DNA from: an uncultured Planctomycetaceae bacterium
Lineage (GTDB): Bacteria > Planctomycetota > Planctomycetia > Planctomycetales > Planctomycetaceae
NCBI GenBank assembly: GCA_963813715.1
Contig: CAWFAK010000007.1
Coordinates: 672,001 to 736,000, forward strand
Direction: 5' to 3'
Length of the DNA stretch: 64,000 bases
Of the stretch, positions 22,899 through 35,091 are shown in pieces; positions within the stretch are counted from its first letter, which is position 1; the number at the start of each line of letters is the position of its first letter. Position numbers and translations under genes: made by a program. The notes beneath the pieces were generated by a model, which saw nothing but the letters and a program-made list of their open reading frames with translations, did no database searches and had not been told where the DNA came from.

Positions 22899-23568
22899 GT
22901 GAATCCCTTCCGTCAACTGGCAGTTTCAAAGCGACTGCCGAGCATCGACGGCTACGATCCAGGCGCCGCGCTCCCCCCGCACGGCGTCCTGCCATCCGAG
23001 GTCTCTGTGAGCGGTTTGAAGTCGCGAATTTGCAAACGAATCGGTTCGTTCCGCGCGTTCATTGCGATCGGCGTGGTGCTCAGCGCGACGCCGGCCTTGC
23101 AGGCGGAACACGCCAGAATCGATCTACGCGTGATCGGCGAGGGACAGGAGGTGTACGCCGCCGCGGACCAGGAACCGCCGGCGGGCGGGCGGAACAAACC
23201 GCCCGTGCTGAAAGTCCATGTGCACAAGCCGCTCGTCTTGCAGTTTTTTCTCACGAACACGTACCCGCACGCAGTTATCGAACACGTCAAGGTTCTTTAC
23301 TATGTCGTGCGCGTGGACAAGCTCGGCCCCAAGGCGGCGCCGTCGTTCAGCGAACCAACCGAGCCCGACAAAAATGCGCAGCCGGCGTTGGAAACGGGGA
23401 TCGTGACGAAGGGGCAGTTCGTCGCGGATTTCAAGCCGGACTGCCGCGTTGGTACCCGGTTGAAGTTTCAAATTACCGAACCGGGCCTCTATAGCGCCGC
23501 GCGTCGAAACGGTCGGCACTCAGAGCGATCACGAACATTTCTCGGCCATCGACCTGGTGGCCGAATGA
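22899..23568 (+). CDS. Secreted hypothetical beta-rich protein, frameshift near 23495; start uncertain
   Basis: Signal-like 'FIAIGVVLSATPALQA' then 'EHARIDLRV'. C-terminus in another frame, 'RVETVGTQSDHEHFSAIDLVAE*'. Confidence 0.6.
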
Positions 23569-23655
23569 GCGCGGATTGTGCTCAGGCGGGTCACCCGCCA
23601 ACTCGTGCTTCGTTCTGTTCCTCTGGAACCTGTTGCTAAACGATCTGAAGTTGCC

Positions 23656-24907
23656 ATGGCTGTGCCCTCTCTGGTCAAAGCGATACTCTCGGTGGTCTCC
23701 GCTCTATTTACGTCGGCGCTCCTCGCACGACTGCCTGCTGACGACGCCAAGGAGGCCCCGGGGCATCCCCAATCTGAGAGGAGCCCTTTTCTGGATGCCC
23801 TTTTGCGCCGAAACCGGTCGTCATCGCCAAGCCCGTGCAATGGGTCAGCGCTTTCGGTGAACAACAAGGCTTGCTGGTTCGAGAGGCTGTCAATGAACGG
23901 CTTCCCGCCCTGCTCTTGATTGCAAGTGCTCGCTCGAATAATTTTTTCCTGCAGTCAGCCCACGAGTTAGCCAGCATCGGCTTCACTGTCTTGCTGGTGG
24001 AAATCGACGGGAACCAAAATGAAGTGCCTCCCGGACTAGCTCCCCCCCAACAAAATGATGCGATCCGTCTCGAGCGAGGGCTCGCGCAACTCGGCTCGGC
24101 CGTCCGCTGGTTGCGGCGTCGCGGGGACGTGTTCCCCGAAAAGATCGGTGTCCTGGGTTGGGGGAAAACGACCCACCTCGCGCTGGAACTCGCCGCCGCG
24201 CAGAATTTGCAGGCCGCCGTCCTGACCGATGTCGAGTTGCCTCTGGTGCTCGATCCGCCGCTTTCAATCGGACTCGGGCAGACGGCCGTGTTCATCGTCG
24301 TCGGCGCGTACCAGGTGACTCCGTCGGATAGGGAATTTTCTGCGAGGCTGGAGCGCGCGTTTGAGATCGCACACGTCGAGCACCGCGTCCTAGAACTTAA
24401 ATCTGCGAAAACGGGCTTCATGGATAGCCAGCGACGCGAGGCATTCGACGCCAAGTCGGCCGATCGCGCCTGGTTCGAGATCTACGAATTCCTCGGCAAG
24501 CATGTCGAAGATGCGGAGCTCAAAACGCCACTCATCACCGCTCGAAGTTCCGACGTTGCGCCTGCGGCCCATCCATTTGTCTCGATCGGCGATGTGATGC
24601 GCGCGGTCAACGGTGCTTCGGGAGTATGCGGAGACGTGGCGCAATCGCTGAACGAAGATCCACGGGAAGAGAAGGATTGGAAGCTGCTTCGCGCCGGGCG
24701 GCAATCATGGCGGATTCCGGCGCATTGCTCATGGGCCTCCAGCCGCCGAAAGGTAGCCCGTCGAGTTGGCAGCGGCACGCGGCCTCGTATCGCGGAGCCG
24801 CTACCGCCTTAGCCGCTGCCGCCGATCGGCGCAACATTGCCGAAGTGCGGCAGGCTTTTGCTCGCCTCAAGGCCAACTGCAGTCGGTGCCATTCGGATCA
24901 TCGATAG
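23656..24907 (+). CDS. Secreted dienelactone-hydrolase-fold protein fused to a C-terminal helical CxxCH cytochrome c domain, frameshifted
   Basis: Signal peptide, 'AHELASIGFTVL', 'AVRWLRRRGDVFPEKIGVLGW', 'ADRAWFEIYEFLGKHV', then 'WQRHAASYRGAA..AFARLKANCSRCHSDHR*'. Confidence 0.65.
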
Positions 24908-25407
24908 TGCCAGCCCTGCGTCTCCCGCATCCGAATCCATGGTGAAGAATCGTCGCAACCCTAGGATCCCGAGGCTTGCGCGAGTCGTGGTCCGGAGCCG
25001 TTCGTAATGCCCGATTTGAGGTCCGACGAAGTACTTGGGCCGATCGATGGAATGAGCTGCCCAGTCTGCTACAGACAGCCCCTCCAATGCCCCTCGTAAA
25101 GCGGCGACAGGGATGATCAAAGATGACCAACCCAATCTCATTGGTCTCTTTGGAGTTACGATCACAAGATCGTTTGCAGCCGAGGGAAAGGGCTCGGCCT
25201 TCGTCGAATTCCGATCTCTCGCTTGAAAGGAACGAGGCTCGCAGGCACCAACAAGCGCCCTGCGAGCCTCGTGCCATTTCGCGTCCCGCCACTTCGGGAG
25301 ATCCGCCAGCGCTGGCGAAACCCTGGCCTACGAGATTTCTCGTCTCGCGCACATTCACGCGATCGACGACCTCTCCCTGAAGGTGGCGAAGCGTTTGATT
25401 CGATCGT

Positions 25408-25797
25408 TTATTTGGCCTTGAGCTTTTCAAGTTCCTCTTTGTTGAGCGCATCAAGCTCGTCCTTCGACGGGACCTTCGCCAGGGCTTCTTTCGCCGCCGC
25501 CGCGACGTCGGGATCCGGATCGTTGGCAAACCGTTCATAGGCCGTCTTCAGCCCGTAGATGCGTGCCGGGGACTCCTCTTCGGCGCTTTTCCTGATGTAT
25601 TTGGCCCGTTCAGGCGGAGTAAGGCCGGCCAGAAAATTCCCGTACGATGTATTCGAGCCCATGCCCATCAGGCTCTGGTAATACTGGCTGTCCTTGAAGG
25701 TGTCTGATTCGACATTGGGGGGAGCAATTCCGGACTTGCCGCACCCGGCGGCAAAGAGCACGCCAAACAAAAGTGCGAGGTAACTGGCATTCCTCAC
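25408..25797 (-). CDS. Small lipoprotein downstream of the DUF1559 gene
   Basis: Lipobox 'LFAAGC'; HEAT-like tail 'NDPDPDVAAAAKEALAK'. Confidence 0.75.
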   Translation of the reverse strand: MRNASYLALLFGVLFAAGCGKSGIAPPNVESDTFKDSQYYQSLMGMGSNTSYGNFLAGLTPPERAKYIRKSAEEESPARIYGLKTAYERFANDPDPDVAAAAKEALAKVPSKDELDALNKEELEKLKAK

Positions 25798-25981
25798 GTC
25801 AATTGATCCTTCGCTTTAAGGCCCAAGAGCGCAAGTGACGCGGCCAGTCGACACGGTGACCTGCTGGACCAGGGGCGACGCGTATCACCTGCGCGAAGAA
25901 AACGCAAAAAAGGGCAGGCTGCCAACACGATCGTTGGCAGCCCGCCAATCTTACGAGAACTTAAACCGCAAAGCAGAACGC

Positions 25982-27298
25982 TTACGGTTCGCCGACAGAG
26001 CCGGACACCGTTTCGCCACCCTGCATGGTGGAGAGGCCGGTGTAGATCGACATGTCGATGCTGTCGTTGATGAACTGCACCGAGCCATCGCACAACAGGA
26101 AGAGGCCCCCGTTCGGATGGTCGCTACGGAAGTTCGAGAGACTGCCGATCTCGGGATTCGCAGTCCCCAGGGGCGCCGGGTTGGGCTGGCCATTGCTGGC
26201 ATTCCCGACTCCGGTCAGCGACAGGCTGATCGGCGGGCCGCCGGCTCCCGAAGCCCACGTGCTCGTGCACGTGTTAAAGGCACTGGTCACAAAGGCTGGA
26301 CCGGTGCCGCCCGGAGGACCGCCCAAATCCACAAAGGTGTCGGTCACCGGGTTCTTATTGAGTTGCTCCATCGTGCAGGCGCCGTTGCCGGCCGTCAGCA
26401 CAAATTGGGCAGCAACGGAGTTGTTGGTGCTGTTCACGAACTGATCGTTGACGAGAACCTGAACCCAAACGGGCTGGGGCGCACCCGCCGCAGACGCTGG
26501 GACGCCGAGCGCCAAGACCGCGGCCGGTACCGGCGACGGCCAAGTGGGGGGAGTGAGGCAGTAGCGGCCACGACAAATCGTGAACTTCGGCGTCAGGATC
26601 AAGGGAGACATCGCGGCTTCGCCGATGGCAAACGTGCTGGTCGTGCCGTCCGTGATATCACGGATGCGGGTGTTACCGTTGATGTTGAACACGCCGAGTT
26701 CCCGAGCCGGAATTTTTGAACTCGACCAGCAGAGTTGGTCGCAGACGCCGTGGCAGAGGGCGTAGTTGATCGGGACGTCATAAAGTCCTTGCGACGTCAC
26801 CCCCAGTCCGGGGAACTGATCGGGGAAGGTGTCGGACGGGCAGCGGTACAGCCCACTGGCACCGGCCGCTTGCAGCGCGGTTCGCGTCAGCCCAATCCCG
26901 TTCGTGGCAGCCGTGACCGTTTGGCTGTTGACCGCGCGGTTCCACTGATAGGCGCGGGCAAAGGCGGTCTGCTCGTCGTACGGCGTCATCAGGACGAAGG
27001 CATTGGCCATCGCGTGATCGTAGACATTGCCCGGAAACGGGGCGCCTTGGGACGCCCAAGTGTTGCCATACACGGACGCGCCCATCGGGAACATGCGGCA
27101 GACGTCGTGGTAGTTGTGCATGGCAATGCCGAACTGCTTCAGGTTGTTGCGGCATTGGCTGCGGCGGGCGGCCTCGCGAGCCGCTTGGACGGCCGGAAGC
27201 AGCAGAGCGATGAGCGTCGCGATAATCGCGATCACCACCAACAGCTCGATCAGAGTAAAGCCAGCGCGCCGATCGCGCTTCGGCTCAAGTCGTAACAT
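25982..27298 (-). CDS. DUF1559 prepilin-type N-terminal cleavage/methylation protein
   Basis: AGGAG SD then ATG at 27298; '[43 protein letters not shown]', 'ITDGTTST', C-terminal H-X9-DG motif '[14 protein letters not shown]'. Confidence 0.95.
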   Translation of the reverse strand: MLRLEPKRDRRAGFTLIELLVVIAIIATLIALLLPAVQAAREAARRSQCRNNLKQFGIAMHNYHDVCRMFPMGASVYGNTWASQGAPFPGNVYDHAMANAFVLMTPYDEQTAFARAYQWNRAVNSQTVTAATNGIGLTRTALQAAGASGLYRCPSDTFPDQFPGLGVTSQGLYDVPINYALCHGVCDQLCWSSSKIPARELGVFNINGNTRIRDITDGTTSTFAIGEAAMSPLILTPKFTICRGRYCLTPPTWPSPVPAAVLALGVPASAAGAPQPVWVQVLVNDQFVNSTNNSVAAQFVLTAGNGACTMEQLNKNPVTDTFVDLGGPPGGTGPAFVTSAFNTCTSTWASGAGGPPISLSLTGVGNASNGQPNPAPLGTANPEIGSLSNFRSDHPNGGLFLLCDGSVQFINDSIDMSIYTGLSTMQGGETVSGSVGEP

Positions 27299-27577
27299 CG
27301 ACAGACTCCTTGGAAAGTTTGGAAACCAAAACGAACTTAGTAGCACCTCAAAACCGCTTGGAAACTTGAGGATTGGGAACGCGAACAGACTCATAAAAGG
27401 TACGCGCGACGATACAGCATTAACGAATAATTGAGCAACCGGGGTGTCACTGAGATTTGCATCGGGGAATCCCCGATCCCCCTGATCCAGATCGCGCGAA
27501 CCGTTCCGCTTTGCGGGCTACTTACAGCGACGGCGACGGCCGGGGCCGCGATGGCATGATGTCCGCTCGCGGCGGTT

Positions 27578-30500
27578 TCATTTCGTCGAGCGCAGCAAGT
27601 ACGCGAGTAGATCGCCGAGCTCAGCTGGCGTTTTGACCAAGCCGGCGGGCATCGGCGACGTCTTTTGCACGCGACGCTGTTCGACCTCCGCGACGGCCAG
27701 CGTCCGCCGCGTCGCATCAGGCAGGAGCAGCTCGATCTTGTCGGCCGTTTCGCTCAGGACAAGCCCTGTGAGCACCTTGCCGTCGCGCATCACGAACGAC
27801 GTCGCGCGGAAGACCGGCGAAACCGTGCGACTCGGGTCGAGGACCGACTCGACCAGGTAGGGAATGGTGAAGCGGGCGGCCGCTCCGGCCAGGCTCGGAC
27901 CGCCGACGGCCGCCGAGGTATCGTCGATCGCGTGACATTTCGCGCAGCCGATGCCATCGGAGCTAAAGAGCTTGCGGCCCCGTTCGGGATTGCCACGACG
28001 GGCGGCGTCAGGCCAGTTCACCGCCAGAAACTCCGGACCAATTGTGCCGCCACCCGCGCCGGCCGACTTGAGCCGACTTAACAGCGCCCCATTGTCGAAC
28101 TTCTCCGGCAACGTCGCGCTCACTTCGCGCAACGTCCGATAGTGAGCGTAGAGTTCGCAAGCCCCCTCGACGTTGTTCACGCGAAATAACAGGTCGTTGC
28201 TGCCCGGTTGCAGATCGAGGTAGACCACGTCCTGCAGCGGCAGCGCGGCGCGGACGCCGGCATATGTCCAGACAGGTTTGCCGTTCTGCCAGATCTTCAG
28301 TCCGTCGTCCGAGCCGGGCAGCAGCAGCATCTGTTGGCGAATGGGACTCGTCACACGGCAGTACGCATAGAACGACGCATCGCCCGCTGGACCGAACGCC
28401 TTGATGAAATCGAACGCCCGCTCGTTCTTAAGCGGCTGCCAGGCGAGCGTTTTGGTCAGCGAACCGTAAGTCGCCGCCAGATCGACGGCCCCCTGCTCCG
28501 GTGGATGCACCGCGGCCAGGCCCCGTCCGCTGTCGGGAAAGGGGCCGATCGCCCACGCTCGACCCATCTGCTTGAGCGGCGCGTTCACCAATCGCCGGCG
28601 TTCCGTCTGCTTCCGCAGAGCGCCAATTTCCGGCTCGGTTCGAGGATCATTGAGCAGCGAGAGAAAATAGGCGGCCTGCAGCCGGACGGGGTCGCTCCGG
28701 TCGGCCAGCCGCTCACGCAGCAACGCGAAGAGTGCCTCTTGCTCGTCCGCATGTTTCGCGGCGCGCCAATGCTCGGCCACCGTGAACAGTCCGAGGCGGC
28801 CGCGCGTCCGCAAGTCGACGGTTTCGTCGAGATACTTCACGTGATAAACGTCGCCCGTCGACCACGGAGCCAGCGGCAGCTCGGTCGGAATCGGCTCCAT
28901 CGGACGGGGAACGGTCAGGCGGAACCCCGCTGCCAGCACTCCCGCGAGACGAGTCGGCTCGTCGGCGTCCGTGCAGGTCGTCTTGAGGAATGACAGCGGC
29001 GCCCGCTCGGCGAGCACTCGCGAGGCCGATTGCCGCAAGTAGGTGTCCGTCGAGCGCGCGACCCGCGTGATCGACTCCAGCGGCACAGGCGACGCCTCGA
29101 AGAAGGCGCAGGTCGCCGCCAATGCCACCTGGGGATCGGAGTCCCTCAAATTCGCCGCGAGGGTCTGCGAGACACGCCGCGTCGCTGCCGAAGAACTCGT
29201 GCAGAGCACGGACGGCTTGCAGTCGCACGGCGGCACTCGAATCAGCCGCCAACTCGCCGAGATGGTCTCGCGCAGCGTCGGAGCGGCCGGCGGCCGTCAG
29301 CCACAGGAGATCCGCAAAGGCCACATCTGCGGACTTCGTTTTCCCCAGTCGTACCGCGGCCTGCTGGAAGCACATCCCCGCCCCGCCGCAGCAGCTCGAG
29401 ATGGGCGCGGCGTCGGACTTCCCAAACGGGCGACGAAAGATCCTGAAACAAAGCCGTTGCATTCCGCGCGGTGATTTCTGCCCGTTCCGGCTTCGGCTGA
29501 GAATCCGCTGCCCGCGGCGATAAGCGAACGAGGTCGCTGGCATAAATCGGCGAGCCTTCGTTGTGTGCCATGTAAGCGATGGTGACGTAGATCGCATTGT
29601 CGGGTGCGACCGTTACGCCGACGGGGCGAGCCTGATTTTTCCCGACGAGCAGCGGCCGCTCGTCCGCGCGAAAACTGGCGCCGCGTGGCGCAAACGGGTA
29701 TCGCATGACGGTTCGCACGCCCCACCGCGCGATCAGCAAATTGTTCCGCAACTGCTGCGGCCAGCCGGCGCCGTCGAGATACGCCTCGGCGACCGGGACG
29801 GCGCGGCCCATGCCGTTAAACATCGTTTCGAGCAAATCGGCCCGGTCCGGCGTAATGTGCGGCATCCAGCCCCGCGGCCAACCGAAGTCCGCCTGCGGCA
29901 CGACATGAATCAGCCGTCCGGGCACGTATGCGTGCGGCAGCGATTCGTGATCGTTGTCGTTGCTGAAGAGATTCCAGTCCCGATCAAAGACCAGGCCGCA
30001 CGGATTGCGGAGCCCGCGGGCGATGACGCGCAGACCGCTGCCGTCGGGATGCATCCGCAAAATCGCTCCCTGCCCCGTGTAGGGGATCCCCGCAGGTTGC
30101 GTCGGTGTGAAGAACGTCCAATGTCCCCAATGATCCGCGCGATCGAAGTCCCCGTAATGAACGAGCGTGTCGCCCATGGAAATATAGAGATCGCCCTCCG
30201 GCCCCCACGCGAGCGCGTGAAAGCACTGGTGCACGTGGTAGAGCGGGACGCCCCACAGCAGCCTTTGGGGTCGCAGTCCTTCGCGTTTCACCACGCCGTC
30301 GGGGATGACGTAGAGCGCCGAGAGCGTGAGCACATACAGATCGTTGCCACGAAAGTCGACGTCGTAGACCCAAGAGTTCGGCGGGAATCTCAGCAACTCG
30401 CGGCGCGGGGCAAATCGCCCGTTGCCCATGGGCTCGTAAACGAACAGTGCTTCCCGCCCGCCGACGAACAGCCGTCCGGTCGTGTCGCCCCGTACCGAAA

Positions 30501-30711
30501 GAAAGGACTCATTCGGCGACGAATCGAGTCGCTCCAATCGCACCTCGGGATCGACAACCGCGTAGTCCAGGCTTGCGACGGGATCCGCGACGGGGCCTGC
30601 GGAGCACGCGACGGCGCCGAAAATCAGCGCCGCCAGGCTGGCCACGGCGCCCGGCGCTAGACGACATGCGAGCACACGAGTGGATTTCAACTGCTGGACG
30701 GGGTGCGACAT
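27578..30711 (-). CDS. PVC-type heme-binding protein (dehydrogenase-like beta-propeller + HEAT repeats + cytochrome c), split by indels near 29240-29360
   Basis: 'WGPEGDLYISMGD', 'RGLRNPCGL.FD', HEAT-like 'DSSAAVRLQAVRAL', 'GNPERGRKLF...CAKCH', 'GPSL', 'ESVLDPS', 'SPMPAGL'. Confidence 0.85.
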
Positions 30712-31000
30712 TGGAAGAATTTAAGCACAGGGGTGTGAGGTTAGCGAATCAACCAGGCAGGACGGGACAGGCTGGAACACTCAAGGAGCGTCAGTCCCAA
30801 ACTAGTAGAATGGCCCCGCCCCGATCAACGCGCTTGGCGAATGCCTGTCTCGCAGGTTGTAGATTCGCCGCGCCGTCTCTGTTAGCATCGAGCGTCACGC
30901 AAGTTTCCGCCAAATTTCGTCCCAATCGCCGTCATTCCGGGTCTCGCGTCCGATCGAGACCCGCCCATCCTGATGGCCTGCCTTCTCGGTTGGAACCGGC

Positions 31001-32365
31001 ATGACGGGTACCCAAACTCAGGCCGCCACAAAGAGCCAGGCGGGCGGGCGTTCCGGCTCGCCGACCATGCGGCGGATCTTGCGACGAATCACCTGTCCCC
31101 ATTGCTGGGAGCAGTTCGCGCCGGAACGCATCCTCTGGATCTCCGAGCACACCGACCTGCTGGGCGATCCTCGGCTCGGTTCCGAGCATCAGCAGCGGTT
31201 CCTGCCCACGCGGTTTACGGTCGCGGGCGAAGCCATCGACGGCAAGGGGTTTCCCTGCCACTCGCTGGCCTGTCCCAAATGCCATCTCAGCGTGCCGTCG
31301 GCGCTCCTGGAAATGGAGCCTCTCTTCTTTTCGATTTTCGGCGCGCCCGCCAGCGGCAAATCATTCTTCCTGGCCGCGATGGCCTGGGAACTTCGCAAAA
31401 CGCTGCCCCTCACGTTTTCGATCGGATTCTCCGACGCGGATCCGGCCTCCAATCGCCACCTGCACGACTATGAAGAGTCGCTCTTCTCCAGCGGCTCCCC
31501 CAAGAGCCTCGTTCCGCTCGGCAGCCTGATCCGCAAGACGGAGGAGCAAGGCGACCTCTATGACACGGTGGCCTTCGGCACGCAGACCGTGAGCTATCCG
31601 CGGCCTCTGCTGTTTGCGATGCAGCCACAGTCCGGACATCCCAGCGTGGACAAGATGGATCAGCTGTCGAGAGTCCTCTGCCTGTACGACAACGCGGGCG
31701 AATCGTTTCTGCCCGGAAAGGACACAGCCGCCAACCCGGTCACGCGGCACATGGCCCAATCGCGCGTACTCTTTTTCGTGTTCGATCCGACGCAGGACAG
31801 CCGCTTCCAATTGCAGAGTGACGGTCATCGCGTGGTGCAGGAATCGTCGCGCACGTTTCGGCAGGAACCGGTGCTGCAGGAGGCGGCCGCCCGCATTCGT
31901 CGCTACGCGGGCATTCCGCAGAAACAAAAGCACCGCCGGCCGCTAATTGTGATTCTCACTAAGTTCGACGAGTGGTCCCAACTACTCGGCTCCGCCCCGC
32001 CGCCTCCACCGTGGGTTGCCGTCGACGTTCCGCGACAGTCGAAGCCGGGCCAGACGCGGCGCGTCCACGCGCTCGATCCGGCGGCGGTCGAACGTCAATC
32101 GCGCCATGCCCGCGAGGCCCTGTTGAAGCTGACGCCCGAAATCGTCACTGCTGCCGAGGGCTTCGCCGACGAGGTGATTTTCATTCCCGTTAGTGCGATT
32201 GGTTGGAAAACGCAGTGGAGCGAATCGTCGAAGCAGCTGTCCATTCGCCCGGCCGATACCGAGCCTCACTGGGCGACGGTCCCCTTCGTGTACGCTCTTT
32301 CGCGCACGACTCCCGGACTGGTTCCGCTGATCACCAGGAAGAGCAAGGACCGCCAAACCGGTTGA
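31001..32365 (+). CDS. TRAFAC-class GTPase with N-terminal Zn-ribbon (double-GTPase/conflict-system type)
   Basis: CPHC and CPKC pairs, G1 'GAPASGKS', G3 'LYDNAGE', G4 'LTKFD', G5 'VSA'. Confidence 0.85.
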   Translation: MTGTQTQAATKSQAGGRSGSPTMRRILRRITCPHCWEQFAPERILWISEHTDLLGDPRLGSEHQQRFLPTRFTVAGEAIDGKGFPCHSLACPKCHLSVPSALLEMEPLFFSIFGAPASGKSFFLAAMAWELRKTLPLTFSIGFSDADPASNRHLHDYEESLFSSGSPKSLVPLGSLIRKTEEQGDLYDTVAFGTQTVSYPRPLLFAMQPQSGHPSVDKMDQLSRVLCLYDNAGESFLPGKDTAANPVTRHMAQSRVLFFVFDPTQDSRFQLQSDGHRVVQESSRTFRQEPVLQEAAARIRRYAGIPQKQKHRRPLIVILTKFDEWSQLLGSAPPPPPWVAVDVPRQSKPGQTRRVHALDPAAVERQSRHAREALLKLTPEIVTAAEGFADEVIFIPVSAIGWKTQWSESSKQLSIRPADTEPHWATVPFVYALSRTTPGLVPLITRKSKDRQTG

Positions 32366-32417
32366 TTCGACCGTGCCGATCGCGGCAGTGCGAATTCTTT
32401 CGCGGGGCCGTAGGACT

Positions 32418-35062
32418 GTGACACAGGAACTACTCTACACGTCGGCAGCGCAAGGCTTGGACCCAGGGAGCCGCGGTTTTTGCACCGTTGTCCGCACGCG
32501 GGGCATGCCGGCGCCGCTGGCACCGCTGCTTGGAGTCGCTGAGCGGTTATCGCCCAGCCTTTGCGCTGACCGACCCGCGTGCTGCCGCAAAACCCGGTCA
32601 ACTATTCGCACGTGCGTGTGGCGGCCGGCGGAAAAACTATAGCGTCTTGTCGCGCGTGGCCGATTACGGTCTGGATTACAGTCAGCGGACCAACAAGATC
32701 GCCCACCACATCGTGTTGGCAAGCGACGAGCGGCCCGAGGCCGGGCCTGCCTGGTTGCTGGCTCAACCCGGCTTTATGGACGCCCGCTGGGACGGCCAAC
32801 CGCGCACGCTGCCAGCCGGACGCCGCGTACCGACCGGAGCCGAGCGGCCCACTGCGTGCCCCACCTGGGCCGCCGTCACGGGCGATGCCGGCTGGGCGGG
32901 CGTGCTGGCGGAGAGCTGGCTCACGGGTACGGCTACCTACCTGATATTCGAGCCCGGGACCGACACGCTCGGGCTGATCCGCGAAGCCATCGCACTCTTG
33001 CCGCCACGCAAACGCTGGGAGGCCACTTTCGCGACCTATTACACCGGCATGCCCAGCAGCGCGACCTGCAGTTGCCGATGCGTCCTGACCGACTCGCAAG
33101 AACGCCATTCAGGCGCATCGCCTGCCGAATGTGCTGCGCATCGATTTGACGCAAAAGTTGCCCGCCGACCGAAGTGGCGACCTAGTCAATGTCGCCCGCA
33201 CGGGCCCCCTGAAAAGAACTCCCACCGGCCGTTCGCAGCCGGCGCCTGCTTCGCTGCCTCACACTTCCGAAAGCGAGAGCGTGCCGTTCGCGATCCCCTT
33301 GGCAGGCACGACGCCGAGAACGCGCGAGGGCATATTACTGCAAAATGTGCCTGCGGGGCCGCCTCCTCTCGAGCCACGCATCCGCAAAGTCGAAGACAAG
33401 AAACGCGTCCCCGTTTGGGTTTGGTTGATTGCGTCGCTCTCGGCCGCCGCAGTGGTTTTCGGTTCCATTTTTCTGTACGCCGTGAACCATCCACGGCAAG
33501 CGCCAATCCAAGTGGCAGGCGGTGATGCAACAATCGGCGAGGCCAAAAAACAGGCGCCTCAACCTGTGAACGCCGGCGAGGAAAACAAGAATAAAACGAC
33601 GGAGGAGCGGAAGGATCATAAAGCACCGGCGTCCGCGAAAGCTGTCGCCACGCCACCATCGTCGACGTCAGCGAGGACCAGCGTCGCCGCCAAGGCCGGA
33701 GCGGCCGGTCCCGAAGCTGCCAATCAAGCCTCACCCACGAACTCTACGGTCGCGAAAGACCCAAAATCGGTCGAACCCCTACCCTCCACATCCCAGTCGG
33801 CAAGCGGAAAGCCAAATCCCCAGTCGACGAGCAAACCGCTCACAGTGGCGGGCATTGCTGCAAATGCCGCTCGGCCGGACGACCCAAAGAAGCCTCCTAG
33901 GCCGCCAGCCCGTACGGATCCACGGGAGACTCAAAACCCGGCCCATGGTCTTAACGCTGCCAGCGCTCCCCTAAGGCTGCCAAGCGTCTTACTGTTGCCT
34001 TCAGACCTCAAGCCCAAACAAGAGGCTACGCTGATTGCGGGAGCGGACAGCCCGGGGCAATCACGTCCGTGGTCGCTGTCGCTTTGGCTCCCGAGCGACG
34101 GCAAACAGAGCCTCAAAGTGTCGAAAGGCTCCGATACCTCGGTCGCGCTTTGTCAGGCAGCAACCGGCTCGGACGATCTTGTCAGGTTTCGGTTGAATGA
34201 TCGGACGCGCGAAATCACGATCACAGCTTCGACTCCGAGAGCCGAGGCGATCAAAGCCTTGTACTTTTGTGTTTTGTGCGTCGGCCAGGGTCACGAGCGC
34301 AAGACGTTCCAATTCTTTCGCCCATCTGTTGCGGCACCCGGTTCTCCTGCCCCAGAACACAAGCGACCTTCCTGGACAATCCCGGTCTCTGGACCGATTC
34401 AAGAGATGCCTCCTCTTGCCGTGGAAGTCGCCACGGTTCAGTTAACAAGTAAGACGTCTCAAACGACGTACGCATTTCGTCCCGAGATGGCCCAGGACAA
34501 GAAAGGAGGAGCGCTGCTGGCCTCACTGATGTCGTCAGAACTCAACCAACAACTCCTTGCGGTCACCGGCTCCAAGTCCGAACGAGCAGACATCAACCTT
34601 GCTCTACATGTAAAACAAACTGCGACATCCGTCGATTTCTGGTTCGGCTCAGAGGATATGAAGAGGCTTTTCACAGCAGTCACGAATGTCCAGACCAGTC
34701 GCCTCATCGACATCATGGTCAACTACCGTGACCCGAGCCCCGACCAATTGAAAAAGCAACACGATGAAGCCGCTAGAAACATTAAGAGGCAAAAAGGCAA
34801 TGAACGGCAAAAGGTCAGCGCGGCTCTCAAGAGCTTTCGAGACAAGCTCCAGGAGCCGCTCGATCCGGCGAAGCTAAAGAGCTTTCAACGGATTCTTGGT
34901 GACCTCGATCGCCTGCAGAATGACCTCGAACGAACCGACGGATTGCAAAACGACCTCAACGCCGCAGTGCTTAAAGGCGCGCGGTTGTTCTATCACGTCA
35001 GTGACCAGGACGGCCAAATACAAAGAAACTATGTCGTCAAACTCGAGAGCGATCTAGACTGA
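32418..35062 (+). CDS. GTPase-associated protein with GAP1-N2-like N-terminus, single TM and variable extracytoplasmic C-terminus; at least two frameshifts
   Basis: GTG at 32418 'TQELLYTSAAQGLDPGSRGFCTV', 'LESLSGYR', 'SRVADYGLDYSQRTNKIAHH', 'LLPPRKRWEATFATY', TM 'VWVWLIASLSAAAVVFGSIFLYAV', then a Pro/Ala/Ser linker. Confidence 0.7.
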
Positions 35063-35091
35063 ACCTAAGCCGACTTTCAAGCTAAGAAACT

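Noticed and set aside
27434..27449. Minus-strand TGACACCCCGGTTGCT upstream of DUF1559, resembling a sigma-54 promoter
   Set aside because: Lacks the invariant GG at -24.
29563..30660. Long antisense ORFs such as 29563-30660 (+), 41462-42889 (+), 13277-14389 (-) and 37839-38999 (-)
   Set aside because: Shadow ORFs opposite well-supported genes, as expected in high-GC DNA; no recognisable motifs.
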